Shown here: positions 26,700-41,490 of the stretch, in pieces | Layout of the letters: the number at the start of each line of letters is the position of its first letter | How positions within the stretch are numbered: the stretch's first letter is position 1 | From: Octopus vulgaris | Taxonomy: Eukaryota | DNA length: 64,000 nucleotides | Assembly (NCBI GenBank): GCA_951406725.2 | Contig: OX597831.1 | Coordinates: 40,920,001-40,984,000 of the forward strand | Reading direction: 5' to 3' | Made by a program: the position numbers and the translations under genes | The notes under the pieces: model-generated | Databases searched by the model: none | Seen by the model: only the letters and a program-made list of their open reading frames with translations | What the model was told of the DNA's origin: nothing

Positions 26700-26850
26700 C
26701 TTTAGCAAGCCGGGCAAAATGCTTAGCGGCACTTCGTCTGTTTTTACGTTCTGAGTTCAAATTCCGCCGTGGTTGACTTTTCCTTTCAACCTTTCGGGGT
26801 CGATAAAATGAGTACCAGTTGAACACTGGGATCGATGTAATTACTGCTCT
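26700..26850 (+). mobile_element. SINE group B fragment
   Basis: gttcaaattccgccg...cctttcggggtcgataaaatgagtaccag. Confidence 0.8.
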
Positions 26851-27523
26851 TATGCCAAAATCTGAAACCAATATACATCGTTCTCTCTCACTCATCCACT
26901 CACCCACTCACCCACTCACTCACTCACTCACTCACTCACTCACTCACTCACTCACTCACTCACTCACTCACTCACTTTCACTCTCTTTCGTCATTGTTCT
27001 TTAATTCGGTAAGCTGTCCGATTCTAAGAGAATTTTATCAAGGGGAAGCGTGAATGAACGAGACAGAAAACGTGATGAAATGGTTCAAATTAACCTGAAG
27101 ACTATATTAGAAAAAGTTGCTAAAAGATATATTTGTGTGTTCCTGACATTATACATGCCATACAAAACCTACAAAGATCACATAAAAATCGGAACTTACA
27201 AGTTGCTTAGTCTTGCCATATCAATATACTTCCTGTGGAGCGTAGGCCATCAATGATTTTTCTCCAATATTCTCGACTTTTCTATATCTTCTACTTCTCC
27301 CCAGTTGAACGATCTAAAAAAATTATGCTACGTTCGTCAGAGTCATTTCTGATTATAACGAAGCAGAACACTGAAAGAATGGTACAGGCATGGGGGTAGG
27401 CGAAGAGGAGCAATAAGAATTGGTATTAGGTAAGTGGAAGAGAAATAAAGAGGAAAGGGGGAAATGAAGTGATTTGGAAAAGAAGCAAAGAAAGGAAGCG
27501 AGAAAGGAATATAAAGAACAGAG

Positions 27524-27999
27524 GGTGCTCCTTTGGCGTGTGATCTACAAGGGAGATTACTTTAGGTTACTTTTTTAATTATTTTTGCATACTTAATATT
27601 GTAAATGTATTTTTTCAAAATTCTTACTATTTTAATAAGAAACCATATGAGAATTAAAATAAGCGCGTAGATCACCCACCAAAGTTAATTTGCTCAAATG
27701 GATCACACGGAAAGTAGCATTAACACAAAGTAAACTAAAAAGTAATCTAGAGTAATCTCCCTTTAAATTGTAGATCACACGCCAAAGTGGCACCTTTCTT
27801 TTTCTTAAGAAATGATATGAATTTAGTGCTGGTTTCTTGTCAAAATGCAATTGTCTTCTGGTTTCTTGTCAAAATGCATCTGTCTTCGTTCGTCGCTGAT
27901 CACATTGTAAAAATCTTCAGGCAACATCTTATGGGTTTTTAGAAATTAAAAAGTAACCTGAAGTAATCCTCCTTGTAGATCGCACGCCAAAGAAGCACC
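27524..27999. mobile_element. MITE with about 55-bp TIRs and an extra internal right end
   Basis: ggtgctcctttggcgtgtgatctacaag/cttgtagatcgcacgccaaagaagcacc; internal copy ending at about 27794; solo right end at about 10745-10790. Confidence 0.7.
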
Positions 28000-29064
28000 G
28001 AATTGAGGAGGAGAGGCATTCGATAGAGAAAGAGACAGAGAGAAATTATTCTGATGAAAGTAGCCTTCCTATTCTAGGTCGTTCAGTTTTTCTCAACGAA
28101 TGAACGAGCCGATTGAGTAAGCGAATCAATAACGAACGTGTAGAAACTTCTAGAAACAGCTGTAGGTCAAAATTACTTCAATAAAGCAGAATATGTAATG
28201 ACCATTATTTATGCCTTGTCTTGTATATCACCCTGTTTTTTTTTAAAAAAAACAGTATAACTGGAGCGCAGCTACGGATTCACTTTTAGGATAGTGATGA
28301 ACTATAACCTCTGACCCTGCCGCAAGAAAACGCGAAGTTCTTTTACAATATTGTTAGCCTGATATAATAACAGAGAGCTTATAAAGTGTTTTGCCTGGAT
28401 TGATAACTGATAACTCCTCGCTAATAACTCTGTTTATATGTGTCTGTATGTCTATATGTGTTTGTATAATCTTATACGCTTACCTTTCTGCCAACCATTT
28501 TAATATATCACCTAACTACCAAGATATCCGCCCACTTAAACTATCTCCCTGTCCCCTTGGCTGTTTGTCTATCCGTTTATCAAACATTCTTATCGCTAAA
28601 TATTGATCACAATTATCACCGAGTCTCTTAAAGACCTACGATACAGTAAACAATTTTTTTTCCTGCATCCAACCGCAAAGGAAAGAAAAAAACGAAACTT
28701 TATCTTCCTATTACGCTCCTGTTTTCTCACTCTAACGATCATTTATCGCAACTTATCGGATTATCGGTATTATTGTTTCTGTTCTTGCTTCTGTTGTTTC
28801 TGTCGTTGATGCTGCTACTGCTGCTGCTGCTGCTGCTGTTGTTGTTGTTGTTGTTGTTGTTGTTGTCGTTATTATTATACTTAAGTTTCTTTTTTTTCAC
28901 ATCTGATACTGATACAGACAGATCATATATATTTGTTTTCATGCGTTATTTACACAAATACACACACACACACATATGTACCACACACACACAACACATA
29001 TAGCATACACATATAAACATATACACACAAAAGTAACATATAGATTATAAATAATATCTATCTA

Positions 29065-29136
<72 letters not shown>

Positions 29137-29790
29137 CACTTCTAAATATATTTTATATATATTTATAGACACAGGGATTATATATATGCGTGAATGTATG
29201 TATGTATGTATGTATGTATGTATGTATGTATGTATGTATGTATGTATGTATGTATGTATGTATGTGAGAGTGTATGTATTTATTTATGTATATACCGAGA
29301 AAGAGTGACTAACACAATACATATGCATATCTCTCATGCACGCATATACAAATATGTACATACCTACATATATATATATATATACATACATACATATGTA
29401 TATACACAACATATATATATATATATGTACACATGTATATACATTTACATATGCACACACATACACAAACACATACCAATTTAGAAGATACGTATTAGTA
29501 TAAGCAATGTAAACCAAAAATAAGTTAATAAAATAAAGTAGTGAAATAATAAAATAATATTTATTTGACGCTGAAACTCCACAAAAATTATTTTGCTTCA
29601 CGTTACCGATTCTCAAACGATAACAGAAATGGACGAAAGAAAAACGAAGGCAGTAGTTTCTTTTTCTTAGAAGCCCAAGCAATCACACCGAAGATCGTTC
29701 GTCGACTTGCCAACACAAACTTATGGTAATGGTATATATGTGCATGTCTAAACGTAAGGCACAAAAAGAAAATTACTCTCCCCAGACACA

Positions 29791-29857
<67 letters not shown>

Positions 29858-29858
<1 letters not shown>

Positions 29859-30165
29859 TGTTTTATTTGTTTCAGTCATTTTACTGCGGCCATTGTGGAG
29901 CATCGCCTTGAATGGTTTTTAGAGTCGAACAAATTAACCCCAGGATTTATTCTTTGTAAGCCTAGTCTTATTTTATCGACCACTTTTGTCGAACCGCTAA
30001 GTTACAGGGTATAAACACACCATCAGAGTGGTTGTCAAGCGATGGTGGGAGGACAAACAGACACACAAGCATACACACACATATACATATACATATATTT
30101 ATATATACGACGAGCTTCTTTCAGTTTCCGTCTACCAAATCCACTCACAAGGCTTTGGCCAGCCC
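29858..30165 (-). mobile_element. SINE group A, 5'-truncated
   Basis: Diverged reverse complement of the SINE A 3' portion. Confidence 0.8.
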
Positions 30166-30168
30166 ATA

Positions 30169-30204
<36 letters not shown>

Positions 30205-31006
30205 TGTATGTATGTATGTATGTTAATGGGTATATTTATATTTGCTTCTACAGATATTAAAATATATTTACACCAGATTACGTGGACCTCCACAAAGCAT
30301 CGCATAATAGCACCCATCCAAGCAGTTTCGAAACCACTTCCATATATTGATGAATGCGCTTGCAAGCACACACACACACACACATGAACACACACACACA
30401 CATGAACACGCACACACACACATGAACACGCACACACACATGAACACACACACACACTACGCATATACACATCTACTCGAAAAAATATACATCTCTTTCA
30501 TGACAACTAATTAAAAAAATATTAATTAATTAATTAATTAATTAATTACACTGATAATTAATAGTTGAAATTACATGCAAATATTTTTCTCTATTAATTT
30601 GTCCTATTATTTTTGTTACGCTTCGTTTGTTTGCTATGGTCTATCGCTATCTAAACAAAGTACACACTGCCGCAGGGCAGTGTCACAGTGCCATGGTGGC
30701 ACAGACCCATATAACTTCATCCTTACACCTACAGATATTCCTTAAACATCCATAAATGCTTTGAAAAACACAAATAGTCAGCTTGCTTTATTTAGTTATT
30801 CGGGAAAACTATATATTTCTTTAATATTTTGTTACTTCTCTCAGCCATGGAACTGTGGCCATGCTAGAGCACCGCTTCCAAATGTTTTCTATTCGTGCAA
30901 ACCAACACTAATATTATTATATTACTAACACACACAACGAAACGCACGCACACACACATGCACACATACACATACACACACACACACACGCATATTTATA
31001 TAGGAG

Positions 31007-32240
31007 CATTCCGTCGGCTACGACGACGAGGGTCCCAGCTGATACGATCAACGGAAGAGCTTGCGCGTGAAATTAACGTGCAAGTGGCTGAGCACTCCAC
31101 AGACACGTGCACTCTTCACGTAGTTCTCAGGGAAATTCACCGTGACATATAGTGACAAGGCTTGCTCTTTGAAATACAGGTACTACTCATTTTTGCCAGC
31201 TGAGTGGACTGGAGCTAAGGCTAAGTCGATTCTAGAGGGATTTGAACTCGGATCATAAAGTGCCTAGAGTAATGCTGCTAAGCATTTTGTCCGACGATTT
31301 TTCCAACTCACTGCCTTGATCATGGTTTCAAATTTTGACACGAAGCCAGCAATTTAGAAGGGTATATCGATTCCAGGAGTTATATCGATTCGAGGGGGTC
31401 AACCGATATTAATTCTATTGACCTGGAAAGGATAAAAGGCGAAGTCAACCTCGGCGCAATTTGAACTCAGAACGTAAACCTGAGAAAAATACCTCTAAGT
31501 CTTTTGTCTAGCGCAGGAAATAATTTTACAGCTGCACCGCCTTCGCCGCTTTAATACTGATTTGAAACTGAGGCACAAGGCCAGCATATTCGGTCGAGGG
31601 AGTAAATTGATTACATCGACCTCAATAGTCAACTGGTACTTATTTTATCGACTCCGAAAAGATGAAAGACACAGTCGACCTCGGTGGAATTTGAACTCAG
31701 AAACTAAAGACGGATGAACGCCGCCTTAACAATCGTTTCTACTATAGGCACAAGGCCTGAAAGTTTGGAATGGGGACTGGTCGATTACATCGACCCCAGT
31801 ACTCAACTGGTACTTATTTTATCGACTATGAAGGGTTTCAAAGGCATAATCAACTTCGGCGGTATTTTAACTCAGAACATAGAGACGGACGAACACCGCC
31901 TTAATAACAATAGCCACAACTGGCGCCCCGTCAGTTGTGACGATGAGCGTTTACAGTTGGTCTGACCTCCGGAACATCCTGCTCCTGAAATTAACGTGCA
32001 AGTGGCTGAGCACTCTATAGACACGTGTACTCTAAACGTAATTCTCAGGGAGATTCAGATTGACACTGAATGTAACAAGGCCGGCCCTTTAAAATACAGG
32101 TACTACTCATTTTTGCCAGCTGAGTGGACTGGATGATTGTGAAATAAAGTGACTTGCTCAGGGACAAAACGCTTCGCCGGGAATTGAACTCACGACTTCA
32201 CGATCGTGAGCCAAATACCCTAACCAGCAAGTCATGCGCC
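31007..32240 (-). mobile_element. Cluster of degenerate SINEs (group C tails at 31007-31215 and 31920-32240; several group B fragments at 31225-31900)
   Basis: Repeated gaatttgaactcag, gtcgattacatcgacc and aaattaacgtgcaagtggctgagcac motifs. Confidence 0.75.
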
Positions 32241-32689
32241 TAATGATAAATTTTAATGATTGTGATATTTTTTGTGTGGGTGTTTTCATAAAACATATGA
32301 GGAAAGAATGGAAATGGGGTTTCGTCGCCCCCAGTGATATTAGATAAAAGTATACATGTGAACACAAGACTGATGCAGCCCTTCTGATACATGAGAACAT
32401 CCTACTAATATCAGTCGATAAACCATTCGGATACAGAGTCATCCTGACCACCAATGGTGTTCCGGGATCACATCAGCCCTCGTTCATCTGCTCGTCTCCA
32501 ATCTACAGAAAGTATGTCTAGTAATTCTTCGACAACAGACACAAGGCCTGAAACTTGCGGGAAGAGGTCTATCGATTACATTTATCGAACTTGCTACTCA
32601 GATAGTACCAGTTTTATGGAACCCCGAAATGAGGACCTCGGTGGATATTGAACTCAGCATTCAAATGACGCTAAATATTTTGCCCCGTA

Positions 32690-33082
32690 AAGCGGCGAGC
32701 TGGCAGAAACGTTAGTACGCCGGGTGAAATGCGTAGCCGTATTTCGTCTGCCGTTACGTTCTGAGTTCAAATTCCGCCGAGGTCAACTTTGCCTTTCATC
32801 CTTTCGGGGTCGATAAATTAAGTACCAGTTACGCACAGGGGTCGATATAATCGACTTAATCCGTTTGTCTGTCCTTGTTTGTCCTCTCTTAGCCCCTTGT
32901 GGCTAGTAAAAAATAGATATTTCGTCTACCGTTACGTTCTGAGTTCAAATTCCGCCGAGGTCGACTTTGCCTTTCATCATTTCGGGGTCGATAAATTAAG
33001 TACCAGTTGTGTACTGGAGTCGAGCTAATCGACTCCCACTCCTAAAAAGTTTCGGGCCTTGTGCCTAGAGTAGAAAAAAAAT
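32690..33082 (+). mobile_element. Dimeric SINE group B with 15-bp TSD, inside an older antisense copy
   Basis: TSD atattttgccccgta at 32675-32689 and 33083-33097; core region duplicated internally. Confidence 0.9.
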
Positions 33083-33288
33083 ATATTTTGCCCCGTATGC
33101 TAACGATCCTGCCCGCTCGCCGCCGTTAGTTAACCCACAATATCCTTTCAGCTGTAGGTATAATGGCTAAAGTTTTGTGGGGATGGAGCAAGTTGGTTTC
33201 ATCAATTCCAGTGCTTCACTGGTACTTAATTTATCGATCCCGAAAAGATGAAAGGCAAAGTCCACCATGGTAGAATTTCAACTCAGAA

Positions 33289-33682
33289 GGCAGCGAGCTG
33301 GCAGAATCGTTAAGAGGCCAGACAAAATGCTTGGCGGTATTTCGTCTGTCTTTATGTTCTGAGTTCAAATTCCGCCGAGGTCGACTTTGCCTTTCATCCT
33401 TTCGGGGTCGATTAAATAAGTACCAGTTACACACTGGGGCCGATATAATCGACTTAATCCGTTTGTTTGTCCTTGTTTGTCCTCTCTGTGTTTAGCCCCT
33501 TGTGGGTAATAAAGAAATAGGATTTCGTTTCTCTTTACGTTCTGAGTTCAAATTCCACCGAGTTCGACTTTGCCATTCATCCTTTTGGGGTCGGTGAATT
33601 AAGTACCAGTGAAGCATTGGGGTCGACGTAATCGACTAGTCCACTCTCCAAAATTTCAGGTCCTGTGCCCATAGTAGAAAGT
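33289..33682 (+). mobile_element. Dimeric SINE group B with 14-bp TSD, inside an older antisense copy
   Basis: TSD atttcaactcagaa at 33275-33288 and 33683-33696. Confidence 0.9.
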
Positions 33683-34050
33683 ATTTCAACTCAGAATGTA
33701 AAGACGGACGAAATGCCGCTAAAGATTTTGTCCGGCATGCTAATAGTTCTGCCAGCTCGCCACCTTAAGTCTTCTTGATAATTGTTTGTTCTATAAGCAC
33801 AAAGCCTGAAATTTGTAGGGAGGGACAAGTCGATTGCATCGACCCCAGTGCTCAGTCTAGGGCCCACTCCACTGCTCAGCTCAGGGCTCAGTCTAGTACT
33901 AAAGGGGCCAAGCCTTGATCATGCTTCATAATGATGACCGTTTGATATAAAACATTTGACCCTTTTAATTGTTGATCGCGTTAGGATTTGAACTCAAAAT
34001 GTAAAGGACTATAAGTAAATACATATGAATATATATATATATATATATAT

Positions 34051-34091
<41 letters not shown>

Positions 34092-34193
34092 CGTATACAC
34101 ATACACACATATACATACACATATATGCATACACGCACATACACACATATACATACACATATATGCATATACGCACATACTCGTACAAGCACA

Positions 34194-34229
<36 letters not shown>

Positions 34230-34307
34230 AACGAAGGACTGAAACCACTTCGGGTGTGTGAAATCTACAACCACTTAAATTTGACTATCTGCAACCATTT
34301 TGTAAAC

Positions 34308-34382
<75 letters not shown>

Positions 34383-34567
34383 ACACGTACATATACACAC
34401 AAATACACACACAAACACACAAACACACACACACGTACGCACACACACACGTACATAGACACACTGATAGAGAGGAACGTATATGGTTACGTAATGGTAA
34501 TTGGCAACGAACAACATGAAAGTTAAGAACATCAAAGGGAAGACTTGAGACATTTAAAGTGGCCGAC

Positions 34568-34607
<40 letters not shown>

Positions 34608-34736
34608 ATATATACATGTATATATATATATATATACACACACACACATATATATATATAATGCGTAGATGAGAGTATGTATGTATGCATATATGTACGT
34701 ATGTATGTGTATATGTAAGAGGATATATATATATAC

Positions 34737-34814
<78 letters not shown>

Positions 34815-34863
34815 GCGTGTGTGTATGTATGTATTTATGTAAGTTTAGGGAGAGAAGGGAAGG

Positions 34864-34981
<118 letters not shown>

Positions 34982-35188
34982 ATGTACGCATATAGAATGT
35001 TGCTTAACATAGATACAAATATGTTAGTATATGATTAAAACATTGTCTAAAATAGGACTCAATACCAAATGCAGAGTCGAATCACAATATGTTATAAATA
35101 AAAACGGCCACTTAAGTTACACCCTGATGCCTCATCCGGGTTGAATAACCTTGTAGGACATTTAGTAATTGTCATTATTTATCATACA

Positions 35189-35580
35189 AGGCGCAGGAGT
35201 GGCTGTGTGGTTAGTAGCTTGCTAACCAACCACATGGTTCCGGGTACAGTCCCGCTGCGTGGCATCTTGGGCAAGTGACTTCTGCTATAGCCCCGGGCCG
35301 ACCAATGCCTTGTGAGTGGATTTAGTAGACGGAAACTGAAGAAGCTGTCGTATATATGTATATATATATGTGTGTGTGTGTTTGTGTGTCTGTGTTTGTC
35401 CCCCTAGCATTGCTTGACAACCGATGCTGGTGTGTTTACGTCCCGTTACTTAGCGGTTCGGCAAAAAGTGACCGATAGAATAAGTACTGGGCTTACAAAG
35501 AATAAGTCCGGGGTCGATTTGCTCGACTAAAGGCGGTGCTCCAGCATGGCCGCAGTCAAATGACTGAAACAAGTATAAGA
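35189..35580 (+). mobile_element. Full-length SINE group A
   Basis: Near-identical to the 12188 copy. Confidence 0.9.
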
Positions 35581-35711
35581 AAAAAAAACACCATATGCTC
35601 ACACACACACACTACAAACATACATACGCACATACATACATATATACATACGTACCTACGTACATACGTATGTATGTGTAAATAGGTGACAATTGATAGA
35701 CAGGTGTCAGT

Positions 35712-35792
35712 TCATTACAGCCGTTTCTAACAAATTTTTTAATTGATCAATGCGTACATTATATAATTATAAAAACCGTTTTCTTCAGATTA
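35712..35792 (-). ncRNA. Degenerate hammerhead motif, long stem II
   Basis: Minus strand taat-CTGAAGA-aaacgg...ttgtta-GAAAC-ggct-GTA-atga. Confidence 0.55.
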
Positions 35793-35970
35793 AGACAGGA
35801 ATTTTACAATCAAGGACATTTAAAAGATTTTTAAATCCACGGCACATACATATTTAGTGATTCCACGACTGGCTTTTGCCTAACTAGGTACCTCGCCTTT
35901 AAGTACCTTATTCAACTGAATCTTGTTATATGTCTGTGTGTGTGTGTGTGTGTGTGTGTACGTATGTGTG

Positions 35971-36047
<77 letters not shown>

Positions 36048-36836
36048 GTATGCATATCAGACTTCCATTGATATACAGTCTACCAAACAGACGGGTACAT
36101 AGGAGATTCCTAACGTTCGGAATGTACTGAAATATCGAATCGGAAACGTTTACACCTTGTTTACAGGAATGTAAATAAGTTCTAAAATATCAATCCACAG
36201 TGCCCCACGATTCCTATTTCCTCGCTGCTTGTCGTAGCCGACCCACCCTTTAGTCTTTCATGCATTTAATTACTTTGGTCCCCTATTCTTTCATTTTTGT
36301 TTTTTTTGTTTTTTTGTTTTATTCTTTCCTTCCTACAAGATTTCTTTCTCTCACTGTCGCTTCCTTTTCTAAAGAGAATTTCCAAAGTTACCTTTCCACT
36401 CACAAAAGAAAAAAGTCTTCGGTTAATCAACAAGAATTATCACCACTACACTACGAAAGCTTAACGAGGGTTATTATATAATCTTCCTTGTTTTTTTATA
36501 AAAACAATACTTCTGTACTTTATAAAAAGAAATACTTTTTTTTTATACTTTACAGAAAGTTTTTGCAACACAGAACTTCTCCAGCTGCCACTTTTAGCAG
36601 AGATCCATGACTTACGCGTTTGATGAGAGTGGCTCATTAAGTTTACTCGAAACTAAGGTATCCTAATCAGTTTTTTGTTAGTACGGACATCTTTTACATT
36701 AAACATCCTTACTATTTTCATCTATGTGAAATGTTTGAAGTTTTGCCTAAAACTCGAAGCCGAGAACACCACACACACACACACACACACACACATAAGT
36801 ACACAAACAGACAGACAGACAGACAGATAGACAGAC

Positions 36837-37087
<251 letters not shown>

Positions 37088-37502
37088 TTGGTTGATTGAT
37101 TGGTTGATTGATTGATATGTTGGGATATACGTTTGAATAGAAAAATAAAAATGCATCTAGCCATTCCCATATATGCATTTGTACGCACGCACACACAAAC
37201 ACATTCACATGTATGTATATATATACATATATATGTAGACATGTATGTATATATGTGTGTATATATATATATATATATACACATATGTATGTATATAATG
37301 TGTATGGATATATATATATATATATATGAGCCAGAACAGAGAGATGATCATAATGAAGTGTAGTAGTTGCCCAGTTACATAATCTACCAGCCACCCAGCA
37401 TACCCAGCCACCCAGCATACCCAGCCGCCAGACTGTATGTTTTTTCTGACAAACACAGAAGCTTTTAATGTAGGTTTTTGTCAGTAGCTGACGAAAGTCC
37501 TT

Positions 37503-37536
<34 letters not shown>

Positions 37537-37698
37537 CACGTTCGCACACACTCGTATACACACATGCACGCAAACAGCTATGCTCATACATAGACGTCAA
37601 CAGAAGCACTCATACAGCTTTATCGATATATGCATATAGATGTGTGTGTGTGTGTGTATGTATGTGTGTATATACATATACATATATATATAAATATA

Positions 37699-37765
<67 letters not shown>

Positions 37766-37778
37766 GTATATACATATA

Positions 37779-37838
<60 letters not shown>

Positions 37839-37947
37839 CACATATATATATGTATATACATATGTATATAGCTCCATTTTTGCTGGAAATAGGAGTCAAA
37901 ACGACTTAAAAAGCTCAGTTGTCAGTGTGTATAAGTGAATTATATAT

Positions 37948-38224
37948 CCTCGGCGGAATTTGAACTCAGAACGTAGAGACAGACGAAATACCCATTTCTT
38001 TACTACCCACAAGGGGCTAAACACAAAGAGGACAAACAAGGACAGACAAACGGATTAAGTCGATTATATCGACCACAGTACGTAACTGGTACTTATTTAA
38101 TCGACCCTGAAAGGATGAAAGGCAAAGTCGACCTCGGTGGAATTTGAACTCAGAACGTAGCTGCAGACGAAATACTGCTAAGCATTTCGCCCGGCGTGCT
38201 AACGATTCTGCCAGCTCGCCGCCT
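37948..38224 (-). mobile_element. Dimeric SINE group B, truncated
   Basis: Reverse complement of about 33289-33560. Confidence 0.85.
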
Positions 38225-38976
38225 TCTAAGTAGTGTATATTTTAAAACAAAATGAAATATTAAGATTAAAGATTTAAAAAGCAAGAAATTGAAAGATTCT
38301 GTTTAAAGATATAAAATTAAACCATAATCAGAAAATATTTAAACAAAGATTTTAATGATAATTAAATAATTAAAGTACTTTAAAAACATTTAAAATATTT
38401 TAAAACAGAAAAATAATTGAGAAAGATTAAAACCTAATGGAAATAATTAAGATATTTTATCTGTTTCAGTCGTTAAACTGCGGCCATACTGGGGCATTAC
38501 CATGGCGAATGAATCGCCCCCAGTGATTAAAATGGTTTAATCGTCACTTTCCCCGAACCGCTAAGGTTATGGGGATGTAAACACACCAACACCGGTTGCC
38601 AGGCGGTGGTGGGAGATAAACACCGGTGGGGGACAAACTACACGCACACACACACACATACACACATACACACACACACATAACACACATGTATATATAC
38701 ACACAACACATGGATACACACACACATGTACACACACACACACACTCACTCGCGCACACATATATATATAAAATTTAAATGAATGAATCATTTCTCATTT
38801 AAATTCCTCGTTTAAATTATGACTTTTATAACTCACTCTGCAAGACTAATATTAGGCCTGTGGGCCTTTACATCAATCGAAATCTTTATGAATTTCCTTT
38901 TGATTTTGGAACATTACGCAAGCCAGGATCCTACATGATGTGCTAATGAGGCAATATCCAAGATTATAATTGTTCC

Positions 38977-39033
<57 letters not shown>

Positions 39034-39038
39034 CCTAC

Positions 39039-39077
<39 letters not shown>

Positions 39078-39116
39078 CCTATATATCTATCTACCTATCT
39101 ATCTATCTATCTATCC

Positions 39117-39630
39117 TTGTGGCTATAGCGAAAGAATGTGTATGGTGGACGCGTCTGAATGGTCTAGAGACAAACACTTTCCTCTCTGGTCAATCTCTCA
39201 TCAACTTCTTCAAGTATCACTTGAAGAGGAAGGTGAGAGTAGAGATGAAAGTTTTGTCTAGTGAATGCTTCAAAAAAAGATGGGTGAATGTAGCAAGGAT
39301 GGCACGTGCGAATGACGGAGCCAGATTGAGCATAATACTATGAACCAGAAGAAAAAAAAAGGAAAAGAAAAAAGAGAGCCACTTACGTAATGTGTTTACT
39401 TTTGCATGACTCTATTGGCCAAGTGGTCTATTCCGTAGGCTTTTCTATCCACGGACAAATCTAATTTGCTTTCCCTTTTTACACTGACATTTCTGTGATA
39501 CACGATCCCTATTGATCGGCCCCACTTTTTTTTTTCACAATCCCTTTTGATTGGAATTCTACCCTTTTTCCCTCTTCTTCCCAAAAAGAAAAGCTCTACT
39601 TCGTATTTCGTCCCTTCTATGTTCAGCCCA
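39117..39630 (+). mobile_element. L1/Tx1-type LINE 3' end
   Basis: [15 protein letters not shown]...[13 protein letters not shown]...FKKRW resembles the Tx1/L1 ORF2 C-terminus (AKxxIWxxR...FxxxW); inserted in (ATCT)n. Confidence 0.65.
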
Positions 39631-39645
39631 TCTATCTATCTACCT

Positions 39646-39846
39646 AGGGAGAGTTTACGAAAAAAATAAAAGACGAAGACAGGTGGCGTACAAAACAAAC
39701 AGATGTATTAGTATAACGCTCAGGAATAGAAAAAGTCTTTTACGTTTCGAGCCTACGCTCTTCTACAGAAAGAGACATAGAAAAAAACAAGGAGAGAAAC
39801 AAGGAGAGAAAAAAATGTGTGTAATGGCTAACGATCTATCATGGTG
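39646..39846 (-). mobile_element. PLE pLTR with A6U-variant minimal HHR (39737-39772)
   Basis: Minus strand cttt-CTGTAGA-a-gagc(gtag)gctc-GAAAC-GTA-aaag; homologous to the 43665 and 55518 copies. Confidence 0.75.
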
Positions 39847-39975
39847 ACTAATCAAACTATCTATCAATCTACGTACATACGCACACACATACATACATAC
39901 ATACATACATACATACATACATACATACATACATACATACATACATACATACATACATACATACATACATACATA

Positions 39976-40360
39976 CACAGACATGACAGAAGTAAATAGA
40001 CGCCCTTATAATCGTTAAAATTTATTTAACTCTGAAATTATACATTCAAATTATTTATTAATTATTATAAATGTGAATATTTAATATTTAATAGACATGC
40101 CCCTTGCTTTTTCAATACAAGGACCCTATTAGGCATGCTAATGATCAGATGACAAATGTTCTCTTGAGGAATTTCTTGCCAAGTTTCATACAATAAATCT
40201 CAAAAGATATGGCTTTGAAGATGCCTTCTTGATATTTTTATGAAGTGTTCTGTCCGTTATGCCCCAGAGTTGTTCACTAGAGTTCATATTTGGAGACTGG
40301 CTTCGCCATGGAAGCTTTTTAATGCCATTCTCATCCAAGAAATCTTGGGTCCTGGAGGTC
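39976..40360 (-). mobile_element. Partial Tc1-like transposon (one TIR plus transposase C-terminus)
   Basis: TIR cagacatgacagaagtaaatagac; colinear with 41918-42300. Confidence 0.75.
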
Positions 40361-40499
40361 TTGTAACAAATTCTTGCTTATCAGAAAGCGAAACAACCCA
40401 CATTACGTACATGACGAAAACAGTGAAGTTTGTGTGTGAGAGTCTAATGCTTTGAGGATACATAAAAAAGTGATGGTTCAAGAAAGTTGGTTTAAATTC

Positions 40500-40882
40500 A
40501 TGGTTACTTGAACAGTGCCAAATACATCCAGTTGTTGAAGGACAATTTGGTACCAGGCATGAATGAAGATGGGATTTTTCGGCATGACGGAGCTCCATGC
40601 CGCAGATCACGCGCAACACAACAGTCTGGCTGATAAAGGTGTTGCCGTGGCCAGCCCGGAGCCCTTACTTAAATATCATTGAGCAATTGTGGGCAGAACT
40701 AAAGAGAAGAGTTCGTCAGAAAAATCCACGCAATCTTGAAGAGTTAGGCGCAGGAGTGGCTGTGTGGTAAGTAGCTTGCTTACCAACCACATGGTTCTGG
40801 GTTCAGTCCTACTGCGCGGCACCTTGGGCAAGTGTCTTCTGCTATTGAGTGGATTTGGTTGACAGAAACTGAAAGAATCCCG

Positions 40883-40973
<91 letters not shown>

Positions 40974-41490
40974 TGTATGTATGTATGTATGTATGTATGT
41001 ATGTGTGTGTATATGTTTGTGTGTCTGTGTTTGTCCCCCCAACATCGCTTGACAACCGATGCTGGTGTGTTTACGTCCCCGCAACTTAACGGTTCGGCAG
41101 GAAGAGACCGATAGAATAAGTACTAGTCTTACAAAGTATGAGTCCTGGGGTCGATTTGTTCGACTCTAAAAACCATTCAAGGCGATGCTCCACAATGGCA
41201 GCAGTAAAATGACTGTAACAAGTGAAAGAGTAAAAGAGTTGTGGGAGCTCAGCCACAGAGAATGGCATCTCATACTTGTGAAAATAGGGAAGTATTTGTA
41301 CGCATCTCTTCCCAGGTGCATTGAAGCAATTATTGGAGCCAAGGGAAACCACACGGAATATCTACAATGTACAGTAACTTCTTGAAATGAAGATTATGTA
41401 ATAAATTTTCATTCTAGTCATTTTTCTGTTTTATATCACTGTATCTTGATTGGTTTATGTGAGGTGACCGAAAACTTTTGCACGGCCATT
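40500..41490 (+). mobile_element. Decayed Tc1-like transposase (second family) interrupted by SINE A
   Basis: IFRHDGAPC...[30 protein letters not shown][SINE]WELSHREW..LYASLPRCIEAIIGAKGNHTEY; TIR-like aaaacttttgcacggcca. Confidence 0.8.
40746..41233 (+). mobile_element. Full-length SINE group A with 7-bp TSD
   Basis: TSD aagagtt at 40739-40745 and 41234-41240. Confidence 0.9.
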
